DNA of 64,000 nucleotides from Alphaproteobacteria bacterium (GCA_006226305.1 SBHG01000147.1:775-64774); one strand, 5' to 3'. Shown: positions 1 through 9,115, counted from the first letter of the stretch. A program made the numbers and translations. The notes: a model not told the origin generated them from the letters alone.

Positions 1-815
1 ACATAAAGGCTCACCAGATAGGCCACCATCCGGTGATTAAACTGCACAGACAGCGGATCTTCAAAAGAGCTTAAGTAGCAGGGATCGCTGGCATAAAGAT
101 GCGGCGGGATAAAATCGCCTTCCATCAGGGGCCAGGTGTTATAGCCGATGCCCGCATCAAGCCCGGCGACAAAGCCGCCCAGCAAGATCTGGCCAAAGAC
201 CAAAACCACCAGCCCGGCCACCAGACGAAAAAGACCAGCCGAGGGTGCGAGACGATGGCGACGCTCCTCAAAGAGAATGCCAAAGGCAACCCACAGACAG
301 GCGCAATAAATGGCGACGGCAACACCCAAGTGAGCAGTCAACCGGTATTGACTGACATCCACCCGGTCGACAAGCCCGCTCATCACCATGTACCAACCAA
401 GACCCCCTTGCAGTCCGCCCAGCACAAAGATGCCGATGAGCTTGGGGAGCAAAGCGCGGCTGATCCGTTTGGTAACAGCAAACCAGACGAGCGGTACCGC
501 AAAAGCCACGCCAATCAGCCGCCCCAGCAGTCGGTGAAACCACTCCCAGAAAAAGATCCCCTTGAAGGCCTCAAGGCTCATGCCCTTGTTCTGATATTTA
601 TACTCCGGGATTTCCTGGTATTTTTCGAAGGCTTCGCGCCAGCCCTCTTCGGTCATAGGAGGGATTGCCCCCATAATCGGATCCCATTCGGTAATGGAAA
701 GTCCGGAATCGGTCAGACGGGTAATTCCCCCAACCAGCACCATGAGGAAAATCAACCCCGCAATTCCGATCAGCCAGAGACCGATGGGACGCTCGCTCTT
801 TGCAGAAACAACCAT
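1..815 (-). CDS. ctaA: heme A synthase (COX15/CtaA); C-terminal end runs off the window start
   Basis: Absent from the ORF track because it is open at the window edge. My reverse-strand translation from the ATG (complement of 813-815) reads MVVSAKSERPIGLWLIGIAGLIFLMVLVGGITRLTDSGLSITEWDPIMGAIPPMTEEGW...FHRLLGRLIG...GYNTWPLMEG, typical of CtaA/COX15. An in-frame stop at 846-848 fixes the start. Confidence 0.85.
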   Translation of the reverse strand, partial: MVVSAKSERPIGLWLIGIAGLIFLMVLVGGITRLTDSGLSITEWDPIMGAIPPMTEEGWREAFEKYQEIPEYKYQNKGMSLEAFKGIFFWEWFHRLLGRLIGVAFAVPLVWFAVTKRISRALLPKLIGIFVLGGLQGGLGWYMVMSGLVDRVDVSQYRLTAHLGVAVAIYCACLWVAFGILFEERRHRLAPSAGLFRLVAGLVVLVFGQILLGGFVAGLDAGIGYNTWPLMEGDFIPPHLYASDPCYLSSFEDPLSVQFNHRMVAYLVSLY

Positions 816-883
816 GAGGAAAAAGACCTTTGCCGGACGGCTTTTTTAGTGACAGGACGCACCACCTTTTGTATCGATCCCCC

Positions 884-1105
884 ATGAGTGTTTCAACAAA
901 GAAGCTGATAGGCACAATCGTGCTCCTGGTCGGGTTGGTGATCTATGCCTTCCTTTGCATGATCATCGCGGTCACGATCGTGCCGCCGATCAAATGGGTC
1001 GAACTCGCGTACTACGCCTTTGTCGGTGTCGCCTGGGCCTTCCCATGCAAATATCTGATCATCTGGATGTTGCGCCCGGTGGGCGAAGACGAGGACACTC
1101 AATAG
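884..1105 (+). CDS. DUF2842-like small two-TM membrane protein
   Basis: Track ORF 830-1105. The internal ATG at 884 gives MSVSTKKLIGTIVLLVGLVIYAF...AYYAFVGVAWAFPCKYLIIWM, with two hydrophobic helices. This is the pattern I recall for DUF2842, which often sits beside ctaA. Confidence 0.65.
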   Translation: MSVSTKKLIGTIVLLVGLVIYAFLCMIIAVTIVPPIKWVELAYYAFVGVAWAFPCKYLIIWMLRPVGEDEDTQ

Positions 1106-1172
1106 GCCTTGCATCCGGCCTCGCGATCTCTAGGATGTGCCGCAAATTAACCTCTTCAATTGGGAGTTCCCC

Positions 1173-1253
1173 ATGACCGCCATCTATATCGTCGCCATTA
1201 TGCTGGCCATCTTTGCCCTCCTCAATTTCGTGACCCAGGGCCGAATTGACTAG
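1173..1253 (+). CDS. candidate 26-aa hydrophobic small protein (MTAIYIVAIMLAIFALLNFVTQGRID)
   Basis: Below the ORF-track length cutoff. GGGAG lies 6 nt upstream of the ATG at 1173. It has one TM-length hydrophobic stretch and stops at TAG 1251-1253. An intrinsic terminator follows about 25 nt downstream. Confidence 0.45.
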   Translation: MTAIYIVAIMLAIFALLNFVTQGRID

Positions 1254-1278
1254 GTTTACTGGCATTTTTCAGGCATGA

Positions 1279-1306
1279 GGGGCGGCTTTAGAGGCCGCCT
1301 TTTGTG
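1279..1306 (+). terminator. rho-independent terminator
   Basis: GGCGGC (1281-1286) pairs with GCCGCC (1294-1299) around a 7-nt loop, followed by TTTTGTGT. Confidence 0.6.
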
Positions 1307-1424
1307 TAGTTAGGTCAAGCTTTCTGCCATTTACCATAAGGCCAAGTTCTGATTGCTCTGACGCCCAATCACTGCAAAACTTCCCCTGGGGATAACTTTG
1401 TTTGTATGTGTTGGAGTAAGGGGC

Positions 1425-2141
1425 ATGAACCGGATCATCTTCGGTCTATCAGCCGTCTATTTGGCGGCTCTCGCATTTATCGGATATCTTTGGCTGTCCG
1501 GCCCGCATGAACAGGGGCAGACGGACAACGCCCCTCAGACCGACTCGCTTGTCGAGGTGCCGGAAAGTGACGCAGCCGCGCAGGCAAAAGATCTCGACGA
1601 CGAAGAGCCCTTGCAAGGCTATACCGCGGATATCGGCCTGGAAGAAAACGCCAGCCTGCGCACCAACGATGCAGGCATCCAGATCATTAAAGACTATGAA
1701 GGCCTGAGGCTTGAGGCCTATTCAGGCGAAGGCGGCTGGCTGATCGGCTACGGACATATGAAAGGCGTCAAGGAAGGCCAAAGCATCACCGAAGCAGAAG
1801 CCGAAAGCCTCCTGCGCGAAGACCTCGTACTCTATGAAAACGAAGTCAAAGCAGCCCTCACAGTCCCGGTCAACGAAAACGAATTCTCTGCCCTCGTCTC
1901 ACTGACATATAACATCGGCCCGTCCGCCCTTTGGAGTTCGACAACTTTGGAGGAACTCAATGAGGGCAATCGGCAGGCAGCCGCAGATGCTTTCATGTTT
2001 TGGAACAAAATCCGTCAGGACGGAGAACTCGTGCAAAGCATGAGCCTGACCGCCCGCCGTGAGGCGGAACGCGACCTTTTCCTGACGCCCGTTGCAGGTA
2101 GCGACGAAATGATGGAAGAACCCATCCCCGACGAGGGCTAG
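1425..2141 (+). CDS. GH24 (phage T4-type) lysozyme-family protein with N-terminal membrane anchor and acidic linker
   Basis: IIKDYEGLRLEAYSGEGGWLIGYGH...NEFSALVSLTYNIG matches the GH24 core. The N-terminus MNRIIFGLSAVYLAALAFIGYLWL is a TM helix. I prefer the ATG at 1425 (GGAG/AAGGGG upstream) over the track's TTG at 1398. Confidence 0.8.
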   Translation: MNRIIFGLSAVYLAALAFIGYLWLSGPHEQGQTDNAPQTDSLVEVPESDAAAQAKDLDDEEPLQGYTADIGLEENASLRTNDAGIQIIKDYEGLRLEAYSGEGGWLIGYGHMKGVKEGQSITEAEAESLLREDLVLYENEVKAALTVPVNENEFSALVSLTYNIGPSALWSSTTLEELNEGNRQAAADAFMFWNKIRQDGELVQSMSLTARREAERDLFLTPVAGSDEMMEEPIPDEG

Positions 2142-2347
2142 CCGATAATGGGCTCCAGAGGCTCATTATCATCAATTTTTTCGAGAGCTTCTGGAGGAAA
2201 GTTACTCGTTTGACGGACTCCCTTAGAGTCAAACCAGACGCACCAAATCTTTTCACGCCCAGTCGAGTTTTCTTCAATCTTGGTCACAGTCATCACCGGC
2301 CCGCCCGATTTCAGCATCACAACATCACCTATGGAAAAATCGCTCAT
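2138..2347 (-). CDS. DUF2158 (YodC-like) small protein, 69 aa
   Basis: MSDFSIGDVVMLKSGGPVMTVTKIE...IWCVWFD is the DUF2158 pattern. The track ORF 2138-2785 is an artificial N-terminal extension that reads through the tRNA. Confidence 0.7.
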   Translation of the reverse strand: MSDFSIGDVVMLKSGGPVMTVTKIEENSTGREKIWCVWFDSKGVRQTSNFPPEALEKIDDNEPLEPIIG

Positions 2348-2492
2348 CACCAATTCGCCTTCACTTGAATTTAGGGGAGCGCGAAAATAGGTGAATTCGA
2401 CGCGGCGAGCCAGCGACCGAAAGTCGAGCGGAGTTGCAAAATAATGCCGAGCCCGAATGGACCCAAACTGGCGACACGTTGTTTGGAAAAAA

Positions 2493-2570
2493 TGGTCGGA
2501 GCGAGTGGATTCGAACCACCGACCCCTACACCCCCAGTGTAGTGCGCTAACCTGACTGCGCCACGCTCCG
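2493..2570 (-). tRNA. tRNA-Pro (anticodon GGG), 78 nt with encoded CCA
   Basis: Reverse complement folds as a cloverleaf: CGGAGCG-TG-GCGC-AGTCAGGTTA-GCGC-A-CTACA-CTGGGGG-TGTAG-GGGTC-GGTGG-TTCGAAT-CCACT-CGCTCCG-A-CCA. The anticodon loop is CU-GGG-GG. Confidence 0.93.
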
Positions 2571-2600
2571 ACTTGGCTCCGCGCATGCGAAGAGACCGAT

Positions 2601-2629
2601 GATTTAGGGGGAAAGACCCCGGGTGTCAA
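2601..2629 (-). promoter_or_regulatory. sigma70-type promoter for tRNA-Pro
   Basis: On the minus strand: TTGACA (2624-2629), a 17-nt spacer, then TAAATC (2601-2606), about 30 nt upstream of the mature tRNA 5' end. Confidence 0.5.
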
Positions 2630-2660
2630 CAGATATAGACCCGGCAATCCAGGCCGTAAG

Positions 2661-3194
2661 TCACAGATTTTCAGGACTTTTCTGCGAGATTTCCGGCCCC
2701 CGTGCGCCAAGCGACACCAAACCCCGCTCCGCGCCGGTTTCTTTGAGTGACCGGATCGCCGCCATGGTATCCGGCGGGAGCACACTTTGTACCCAGGGGT
2801 CCGTCAACCAACGATCCATACCGGGTGTATTAAGGCCGGAATAGATATAGCCTTCGTAACTGCGCAGAATGTCTTCTGAAATCGCACCCTCTTCATGCAT
2901 GTGGCGAAGCACATCGTAAGTATTGAACGCCTTCAGATACATGGAGGTGAACTGCACATACTCCGCTTGAGTCTGACTATTGGGCTCAAATACGCCCTTG
3001 AGAAATCCTTCAGACATTTCGATATCAGACATAAAATCAAGGATCGTGTTTTGGACAGTCAGGTTCTCGTGATATCGGCGAAGCCGCTGTTCGCGCGTAT
3101 TGTCACGCAGCTGATAGCCAACAAAAATTAGCGAAACGATCACCGCAATTGCAGAAAGGATCTGCGCAATGAAATAGAGGCCCTCAAGCGTCAT
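2661..3194 (-). CDS. hypothetical membrane-anchored protein, tandem paralog B (177 aa)
   Basis: The start MTLEGLYFIAQILSAIAVIVSLIFVGYQLR was chosen by alignment with the upstream paralog (ATG = complement of 3192-3194). One N-terminal TM helix, then a helical soluble part. I recognise no family. Confidence 0.6.
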   Translation of the reverse strand: MTLEGLYFIAQILSAIAVIVSLIFVGYQLRDNTREQRLRRYHENLTVQNTILDFMSDIEMSEGFLKGVFEPNSQTQAEYVQFTSMYLKAFNTYDVLRHMHEEGAISEDILRSYEGYIYSGLNTPGMDRWLTDPWVQSVLPPDTMAAIRSLKETGAERGLVSLGARGPEISQKSPENL

Positions 3195-3717
3195 CCGGCT
3201 GCTCTCTTTCCTCAACCGGTTCATCGCGTAACGCAAAAACCGGCGCATCCAACCCTTCTGCAATACCCCAGGCCCGTAGCCGTTCAACAAATTCGACAAA
3301 ATCCGGAGAGTAATCCGACTTCAAACGTGGCCACAGGTCCTGAAGCATCGGGCCAGTTAAGGCGCGGGCTAACGTGCCGATAGCATTGCGATCCGGCAGA
3401 CCGCCCTTGGGCGCATTAAAGTAATTGATCTGGGTAAGCAAAAGGATGTTTCGGAACAAGGCGCTCATGATCATGATCTCTTCTTGGGTCAGGCTGCCCA
3501 CTCCCTTCTGGTTGACTTTTATCATGACCCGGCGAAGCTCTTTATCTTCAACCGTCTGTTTATTGAGGGTCGCAGTCAGTGCGATCCGATCCTGCAGCCG
3601 CCGGGCTTCCTGCTCGGCGGTCTGCGCACGAACCTGAAGGCCAACAAAGATCAAAGACGCCACCACAGCAATAGCCGCGATTATCTGAGCAATGAAGTAA
3701 GCTGTTTCAAGGGCCAT
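3184..3717 (-). CDS. hypothetical membrane-anchored protein, tandem paralog A (177 aa)
   Basis: MALETAYFIAQIIAAIAVVASLIFVGLQVR... has the same architecture as 2661-3194. Its stop overlaps the paralog B start by 11 nt. Confidence 0.65.
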   Translation of the reverse strand: MALETAYFIAQIIAAIAVVASLIFVGLQVRAQTAEQEARRLQDRIALTATLNKQTVEDKELRRVMIKVNQKGVGSLTQEEIMIMSALFRNILLLTQINYFNAPKGGLPDRNAIGTLARALTGPMLQDLWPRLKSDYSPDFVEFVERLRAWGIAEGLDAPVFALRDEPVEEREQPDDA

Positions 3718-3774
3718 CTAACGCGAGCACCTCCCCTTCATTTGGCGCCAGGAGAGACGTGGGCAAAAACCGAA

Positions 3775-4305
3775 CTAGTCCCGCGCTCTGGCAAGTAGCG
3801 GCGCATCGTCATCCAGCGATGCAGAAGCTTTCGCCGCGATAACCTTCGCCTTGAGCGCCACAAGGTCGGCAAGCACCGATTTGAGGCTGTCCTTTTGCTT
3901 ATCGCTAAGCCCCACGACTTCACCGGGTGCTTGCGAGATCGGCGCGGCTTTCGCAGTGGCTGGAGGCACCGGCAGCTCGGCTTTGCCCGCTTCCGGATCA
4001 ATGGGCGCGGTGCTTGTGCCCGCCGCCTCAACGCCCCGCCCCGTATCGACAACGAAGCGGACCCCCTGCTCCTTCAGAATCCGCTGCACGCCTTTGATCG
4101 TGTAGCCTTCCTCATAGAGCAACGTCTGAATTCCCTTGATCAGGTCCACATCATTGGGACGGTAAAACCGCCGACCACCGGCACGCTTCACCGGTTTGAT
4201 CTGCGAAAACTTGGTTTCCCAAAAGCGCAAGACATGCTGCGGCACATCGATATGCGTCGCCACCTCGCTGATGGTGCGAAAGGCTTCTGAGGATTTCTGA
4301 ACCAT
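3775..4305 (-). CDS. MerR-family transcriptional regulator
   Basis: [66 protein letters not shown] is a MerR HTH. It sits in the conserved position downstream of ihfA. Confidence 0.85.
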   Translation of the reverse strand: MVQKSSEAFRTISEVATHIDVPQHVLRFWETKFSQIKPVKRAGGRRFYRPNDVDLIKGIQTLLYEEGYTIKGVQRILKEQGVRFVVDTGRGVEAAGTSTAPIDPEAGKAELPVPPATAKAAPISQAPGEVVGLSDKQKDSLKSVLADLVALKAKVIAAKASASLDDDAPLLARARD

Positions 4306-4316
4306 CTGTGACGCTC

Positions 4317-4649
4317 CTATTCAGGCGTGGCGGCTGTGTCTTGCCCATTGCCAGAGAGCGCCTTGTTCACATTGTCCTTCAGCACATGGCTCGGACGGAA
4401 AGTCAAAACCCGGCGCGGGGAAATCGGCACCTCTTCTCCGGTCTTTGGGTTACGCCCAATGCGCCCGCCCTTTTGGCGAACGGAAAAGGATCCAAAGGAG
4501 GAGAGCTTCACCGTCTCGCCGGCCACAAGATGGCTGGCGATATTCTCAAGGACGGATTCCACAAGATCCGCCGACTCGGTCCGCGACAGTCCAACTTCAC
4601 GAAATACCGCCTCGCTGAGGTCCGCCCGGGTCAGGGTTTTGCTATTCAT
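4317..4649 (-). CDS. ihfA: integration host factor subunit alpha
   Basis: [30 protein letters not shown]...[36 protein letters not shown]. Confidence 0.93.
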   Translation of the reverse strand: MNSKTLTRADLSEAVFREVGLSRTESADLVESVLENIASHLVAGETVKLSSFGSFSVRQKGGRIGRNPKTGEEVPISPRRVLTFRPSHVLKDNVNKALSGNGQDTAATPE

Positions 4650-4790
4650 CTCTCGCCTCCAAAATGGTTATGGCAAGAGACTAGGCGGCAAGCCAAAACC
4701 CGTCAATATCAAAGGGATAGAAGAGTTTGTGAAAGTAGTGGCAAGGCCACAGGAAGTCCTGATTCCTTGCGGGACTCCGCTCAACGGAGA

Positions 4791-5765
4791 TTACCAGCGT
4801 ACGAGCGCCGATCCCCAGGTAAAGCCCCCGCCCATGGCCTCCATGAGCACAAGATCACCTTTTTTGATTCGCCCGTCCCGGAGCGCCTCTACCAGCGCCA
4901 GAGGAACCGAAGCGGCAGACGTATTGCCGTGCTTGGAGACCGTGGTGACCACTTTCTCATCCGGTAAACCGATACGCCGCGCCGTCGCGGTCAGGATCCG
5001 CTGGTTAGCCTGATGCGGCACGAACCAGTCCACGTCATCAATCGTCAGCCCCGTATGCTCAAGAGATTTCTCAATGGCTTCGGCAATGTTGACCACCGCA
5101 TGCTTGAAAACCTCACGGCCCGCCATGCGCAGATGCCCAACGGTCTGGGTCGACGAGGGACCACCGTCCACATAAAGAAGGTCGCCGTGACGGCCGTCGG
5201 ATCGAAGGTAGCTATCCAGCACACCCCGATCCTGATTGCTTGGATTTTCAACCTCTTCGGCCTGCAAGACGATCGCGCCCGCCCCATCGCCAAATAGCAC
5301 ACAGGTCGTGCGATCTTCCCAATCGAGAATGCGCGAAAACGTTTCGGCCCCAATCACCAAAGCGGTTTTGAATTGACCGGATTTTAAAAAATTGTCGGCA
5401 GTCGCCATGGCATAGATAAAGCCGGTGCACACCGCCTGCACATCAAAGGCGGCCCCATGGGTAATCCCAAGCCGGGCCTGAATGCGCGTGGCTGTTGCTG
5501 GAAAGGTCCGGTCTGGCGTCGCTGTCGCCAGAACGATGAGGTCTACCTCACTTGCCTCAATCCCGGCGTCTTTGAGAGCCCGCCGCGCCGCCTTTTCCCC
5601 CAGATCGGACGTCTTTTCGTTTTCGGCGGCGATGTGGCGCTGACGAATGCCGGTGCGTTCCTGAATCCATTCATCGCTCGTATCGACCATCTTGGCCAGT
5701 TCGCCATTCGTCAAGATGCGCTCAGGCAAATAGGAGCCCGCGCCCTTTGCGACAGATCGGATCAT
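4791..5765 (-). CDS. fabH: beta-ketoacyl-ACP synthase III
   Basis: Full-length FabH-like translation (...[14 protein letters not shown]...VPHQANQRI...[12 protein letters not shown]). ATGA overlap with plsX. Confidence 0.93.
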   Translation of the reverse strand: MIRSVAKGAGSYLPERILTNGELAKMVDTSDEWIQERTGIRQRHIAAENEKTSDLGEKAARRALKDAGIEASEVDLIVLATATPDRTFPATATRIQARLGITHGAAFDVQAVCTGFIYAMATADNFLKSGQFKTALVIGAETFSRILDWEDRTTCVLFGDGAGAIVLQAEEVENPSNQDRGVLDSYLRSDGRHGDLLYVDGGPSSTQTVGHLRMAGREVFKHAVVNIAEAIEKSLEHTGLTIDDVDWFVPHQANQRILTATARRIGLPDEKVVTTVSKHGNTSAASVPLALVEALRDGRIKKGDLVLMEAMGGGFTWGSALVRW

Positions 5766-6847
5766 GATTCAGCCACCTGAATTTCTTCTGTTTCTTGCGG
5801 GGTGATCTCACCGACAGGTCTTTCGGCTTCGTGAAAGGCAAGCGCGGCAAGTCGTTCATGTGCACGCGCGGCAAAATCGCTGCCGGCCATATCCACGGCC
5901 ACATCAAGAGCAGATGCAAAGCCCATTGCATCTGTCCCGCCGTGGCTCTTCACGACCAAGCCATTAAGGCCCAGAAAGACGCCGCCATTGGCAGAACGCG
6001 GGTCCATTTTTCTTTTCAGTGCCTTAAAGGCTCCTTGGGCGATAAAGGCTCCCAGCCGTCCCCAAAAGGTGCGACTTAATGCAGAGCGCAAATAATCGGC
6101 AAATTGTCGGGCAGTCCCCTCCGCCGTTTTTAGGGCAACATTGCCCGTAAACCCGTCCGTGACCACCACATCCACTTTGCCAGCGCCAATATCGTTACCC
6201 TCAACAAAGCCCACGAAATTCATCTCAGGGACATTCTCGCGCAAAATACGCGCGGCCTCACGAATCTCGTCATGGCCCTTGAGCTCTTCTTCCCCGATGT
6301 TGAGAAGGCCCACCGTCGGATGTTCAAGCCCCAACTCCACACGGGCAAAAGACTCGCCCAGGATGGCAAAATCAACGAGTTGCTTTTCATCGGCTTCCAA
6401 ATTGGCGCCGAGATCCAGAACAATGCTTTCGCCGCGATTGGTCGGCCATATACCCGCAATGGCAGGACGGCTGATACCGGGCATGGTTTTAAGTTGCACT
6501 TTCGCCATGGCCATCAGGGCGCCCGTATTGCCGGCCGACACAACGGCTTCTGCTTGGCCCTTGCGCACCGCATCCACGCTCATCCACATAGATGTTTGGC
6601 GTCCGCGCCGAACCGCCTCGCTGGGCTTGTCCGACATGGCGACAGCCTTGTCTGTATGAATGATTTCAGAAGCCTCAGCGACCTTCGGATACTGAGCCAT
6701 CAACGGCTTCAGCTTCTCTTCGTCACCAAAAAGCAAAAATCGAATATCGGGATATTTAACAAGCGCCAAGTCTGCACCGGCCACAACGACATCGGGGGCG
6801 AAATCGCCCCCCATGGCATCTAGTGCAAGTGTTGGATCACTGCTCAA
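5762..6847 (-). CDS. plsX: phosphate acyltransferase PlsX
   Basis: [12 protein letters not shown]...[12 protein letters not shown]...[17 protein letters not shown]. Confidence 0.92.
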   Translation of the reverse strand: MSSDPTLALDAMGGDFAPDVVVAGADLALVKYPDIRFLLFGDEEKLKPLMAQYPKVAEASEIIHTDKAVAMSDKPSEAVRRGRQTSMWMSVDAVRKGQAEAVVSAGNTGALMAMAKVQLKTMPGISRPAIAGIWPTNRGESIVLDLGANLEADEKQLVDFAILGESFARVELGLEHPTVGLLNIGEEELKGHDEIREAARILRENVPEMNFVGFVEGNDIGAGKVDVVVTDGFTGNVALKTAEGTARQFADYLRSALSRTFWGRLGAFIAQGAFKALKRKMDPRSANGGVFLGLNGLVVKSHGGTDAMGFASALDVAVDMAGSDFAARAHERLAALAFHEAERPVGEITPQETEEIQVAES

Positions 6848-6940
6848 TTGTCTGCTCGCCGTGCTGTGCTGTTTGCCCCTGTTGCCCGGCCCACCAAAAG
6901 AGAATCGGGAACAGCCAAGTATAGCAAGAATTGCAGCCCT

Positions 6941-7126
6941 TTAGAGGGACTCTTGCGCGGCGACCACTTCGCGGCCGTCATAGTGGCCACAAGCGCCACA
7001 AACATGGTGCGGCAGCTTCAATTCTCCGCAATTGGAGCATTCATTAGATTGCACGCTCACCAGCGCATCGTGACCCCGGCGCATGCCCCGGCGCGACCGG
7101 GTAACTTTTCTCTTCGGAACAGCCAT
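6941..7126 (-). CDS. rpmF: 50S ribosomal protein L32
   Basis: [22 protein letters not shown]...[20 protein letters not shown]. Confidence 0.95.
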   Translation of the reverse strand: MAVPKRKVTRSRRGMRRGHDALVSVQSNECSNCGELKLPHHVCGACGHYDGREVVAAQESL

Positions 7127-7307
7127 GGCTCTTCTCTCTTTAAATATTTACTCTGAAAATCGCGGTTTTCCGCGCCTTTCAAGCTGACAATGTCCTATAG
7201 GCGGATCCCGACAATTGCCGACCCGCTTTCGCGAGCGGCAAACATACTCATTTCGCGCCAGGATACAAGGCGAAAGTCACGCGCGCCCGGTTCCAAATCG
7301 CTGAATT

Positions 7308-7853
7308 TTACGGCTTTTTCCCACCTTTAAGCACTTTCAGGCCAGCAAATGGGTGGGGTGGCTCATCCTCCGGCGCGCCGTCGGGGGTACCCGCCCCTTC
7401 CAGATTCGCGCCTTCTTTTCTCGGAAAGGGGGATTTGGCCAGGATTATCTGCTCCCGAATAATCTCAAAAAGCGAAATCTCCGGCCCTTCAAGGGGCTCA
7501 GGGGGCTCCGGCGCATCCAGAAAAACCTCCACCTCCTCAAGGCTCGGCGGGGCCAGGGCATCAATCTCTTCCGGCGGCAGAAAATAGCGCTCCACCTCCT
7601 CCTTGAGGACCTCAGCCACCGGCTCCAGAGTGACACTGCAACTCTGAGTGATTTTCGCCTCAAACGCCCCTCGGACGGAAAACCCGTGAGCGCGCCAGGG
7701 GCGCACTGTCAGGGTCCCTGACAGGCTGTCGACGGAAAGCACATCCACAGCCCTGGCAAGCTCGGCAGCAACCGCGTCATTGAGCGCAAGATCGACCGCG
7801 ATACCTTCCTTGGGCATGCGCGTCACATTTATCGGTTTAGCCAGGCTCGACAT
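7308..7853 (-). CDS. yceD: YceD/DUF177 family protein
   Basis: Size, acidic C-terminal half and the conserved position upstream of rpmF-plsX. Confidence 0.75.
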   Translation of the reverse strand: MSSLAKPINVTRMPKEGIAVDLALNDAVAAELARAVDVLSVDSLSGTLTVRPWRAHGFSVRGAFEAKITQSCSVTLEPVAEVLKEEVERYFLPPEEIDALAPPSLEEVEVFLDAPEPPEPLEGPEISLFEIIREQIILAKSPFPRKEGANLEGAGTPDGAPEDEPPHPFAGLKVLKGGKKP

Positions 7854-8411
7854 CTATTGCCCCTCCGGATCGGGGAACCGCACCTGCCCGGCCGCGAGTT
7901 CCGTCAGGCTCTGTTCTTTCAGCAAAGAAGCCGCCTTTACGGCATAGTCCGCCACCTTTCCCACGACTTCAGGATTGCCCTGGCCCCGGTAGAGATTGCG
8001 ATTAATTGCCTCGACCAGAGCGTCCCGGTCGCCCGCCTCCAGTGGCACCGTATAGGCGTCGACGCGGCCATAAAAGGCCGTCGCCATGCCCCTTATGCGC
8101 TTGCCCACAATTAGATCACCGACACCCATCTCGCGCAGGGAGACATCCATCCCTTCGAATAATTTGTCAAACAGGGTCTGCGACAGAACCTTGGCTTTCT
8201 CACCTTCCTGTTTTAACCGGTGCATCACCAAAAACCCGTGCAAAACCAGGAGATCAAACCGCCCGTCAATGGTGTCCGCCACCTCAAAATCGGTAAAAAA
8301 GACAGGCAGGCGAGATTGGCCTGCAATCTCCCGGTGCAAGGCGGCAGCGGCCGCCTTCCGGGGATCCTTTTGGAAAAATGACCAGAATTTCATGTCTCTA
8401 ACCTTTGACAA
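7854..8411 (-). CDS. ubiquinol-cytochrome c chaperone (CBP3-like) family protein
   Basis: GRFDLLVLHGFLVMHRL...LFDKLFEGMDVSLREMGVGDL.VGKRIRGMATAFYGR matches the pattern I recall for this family. It neighbours yceD and bamE as in other alphaproteobacteria. Confidence 0.65.
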   Translation of the reverse strand: MSKVRDMKFWSFFQKDPRKAAAAALHREIAGQSRLPVFFTDFEVADTIDGRFDLLVLHGFLVMHRLKQEGEKAKVLSQTLFDKLFEGMDVSLREMGVGDLIVGKRIRGMATAFYGRVDAYTVPLEAGDRDALVEAINRNLYRGQGNPEVVGKVADYAVKAASLLKEQSLTELAAGQVRFPDPEGQ

Positions 8412-8542
8412 TCGCGCCCCATTCGAGGAATGTTCGACAAATTCTTGAACTTAGCCTCTCGCCGCGCTAGGTGAAGAGCTCAAGTCGGCGAATCCGCCAG
8501 ATCATGACCTTTCTATAAGCCCTTGGCTTAAAGGACCCAAGT

Positions 8543-9034
8543 ATGAAGTTCAACAAGTCCTCACTCAAGACGCGGATGCTCTTAGGCGTAACAGTCTTCG
8601 CCCTGACCACAGCCTCCTGCGCGCCAATTGTGCGTCAGAACGGCCATTTGATGGACCAGCGGGTTATCAACAATCTCGAGGTGGGTCTGATCACTCAGCG
8701 TGAGGTTTCCCGCATGATGGGCGCCCCTTCCACCGTCGGCGATTTTGACGGCGAAACCTGGTACTACATTACCAGCGTCATTGAACAATACGCCTGGCGC
8801 GCGCCCACCGTCACCAACCGGCAAATTGTGGCGGTCAAATTCGATAACGAGTCACACCTGATCGCCAGCGTCGACAAATACGGCATTGAAGACGGTCGGA
8901 TCATCAATTTCTCAAAACGAGAGACCCCCACCAAGGGCCGTGAGTTGTCTTTCCTTGAACAGCTCTTCGGCAACGTGGGCCGGGTATCTGCTGAGGATTT
9001 GACCGACCCGAATAATCAAAACCAGCGCAACTAG
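8543..9034 (+). CDS. bamE: outer membrane protein assembly factor BamE (SmpA/OmlA lipoprotein)
   Basis: Lipobox-like LTTASC, then GLITQREVSRMMGAPSTVGDFDGETWYYI. Confidence 0.82.
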   Translation: MKFNKSSLKTRMLLGVTVFALTTASCAPIVRQNGHLMDQRVINNLEVGLITQREVSRMMGAPSTVGDFDGETWYYITSVIEQYAWRAPTVTNRQIVAVKFDNESHLIASVDKYGIEDGRIINFSKRETPTKGRELSFLEQLFGNVGRVSAEDLTDPNNQNQRN

Positions 9035-9052
9035 CGACAACCGCTTCCATCC

Positions 9053-9097
9053 AAAACAAAAAAGCCCCGGAGATCGCTCTCCGGGGCTTTCTTTTTC
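9053..9097. terminator. bidirectional rho-independent terminator between convergent bamE and hppA
   Basis: A 10-bp perfect stem, GCCCCGGAGA (9064-9073) with TCTCCGGGGC (9078-9087), and loop TCGC. An A-run lies on one side and a T-run on the other. Confidence 0.85.
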
Positions 9098-9115
9098 TTG
9101 GATGGTCCCGCCGGA

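Noticed and set aside
99-887. 262-aa + strand track ORF covering most of the first 900 nt
   Set aside because: It is antisense to a clear heme A synthase (ctaA) reading frame, which the track omitted because it is open at the window edge. Its translation is low-complexity (Q/P/H/K-rich) with no recognisable motif.
1327-1335. Shared 9-mer CCATTTACC upstream of the lysozyme gene and again at 21299-21307 upstream of the islet gene (near-match to the CtrA half-site TTAACCAT)
   Set aside because: A single shared 9-mer in 64 kb is within chance expectation, and neither copy has the full TTAA-N7-TTAA CtrA box.
2138-2141. The lysozyme and DUF2158 genes share their stop codons in a CTAG palindrome
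   Set aside because: The overlap is real but trivial: TAG read on both strands. Similar 3-8 nt convergent stop overlaps occur at 23443-23446, 36726-36733, 49006-49013 and 61586-61589.
2138-2785. 215-aa track ORF spanning the tRNA-Pro gene
   Set aside because: Only the last 69 codons (DUF2158) look like protein. The upstream part reads through the tRNA and its promoter on the same strand.
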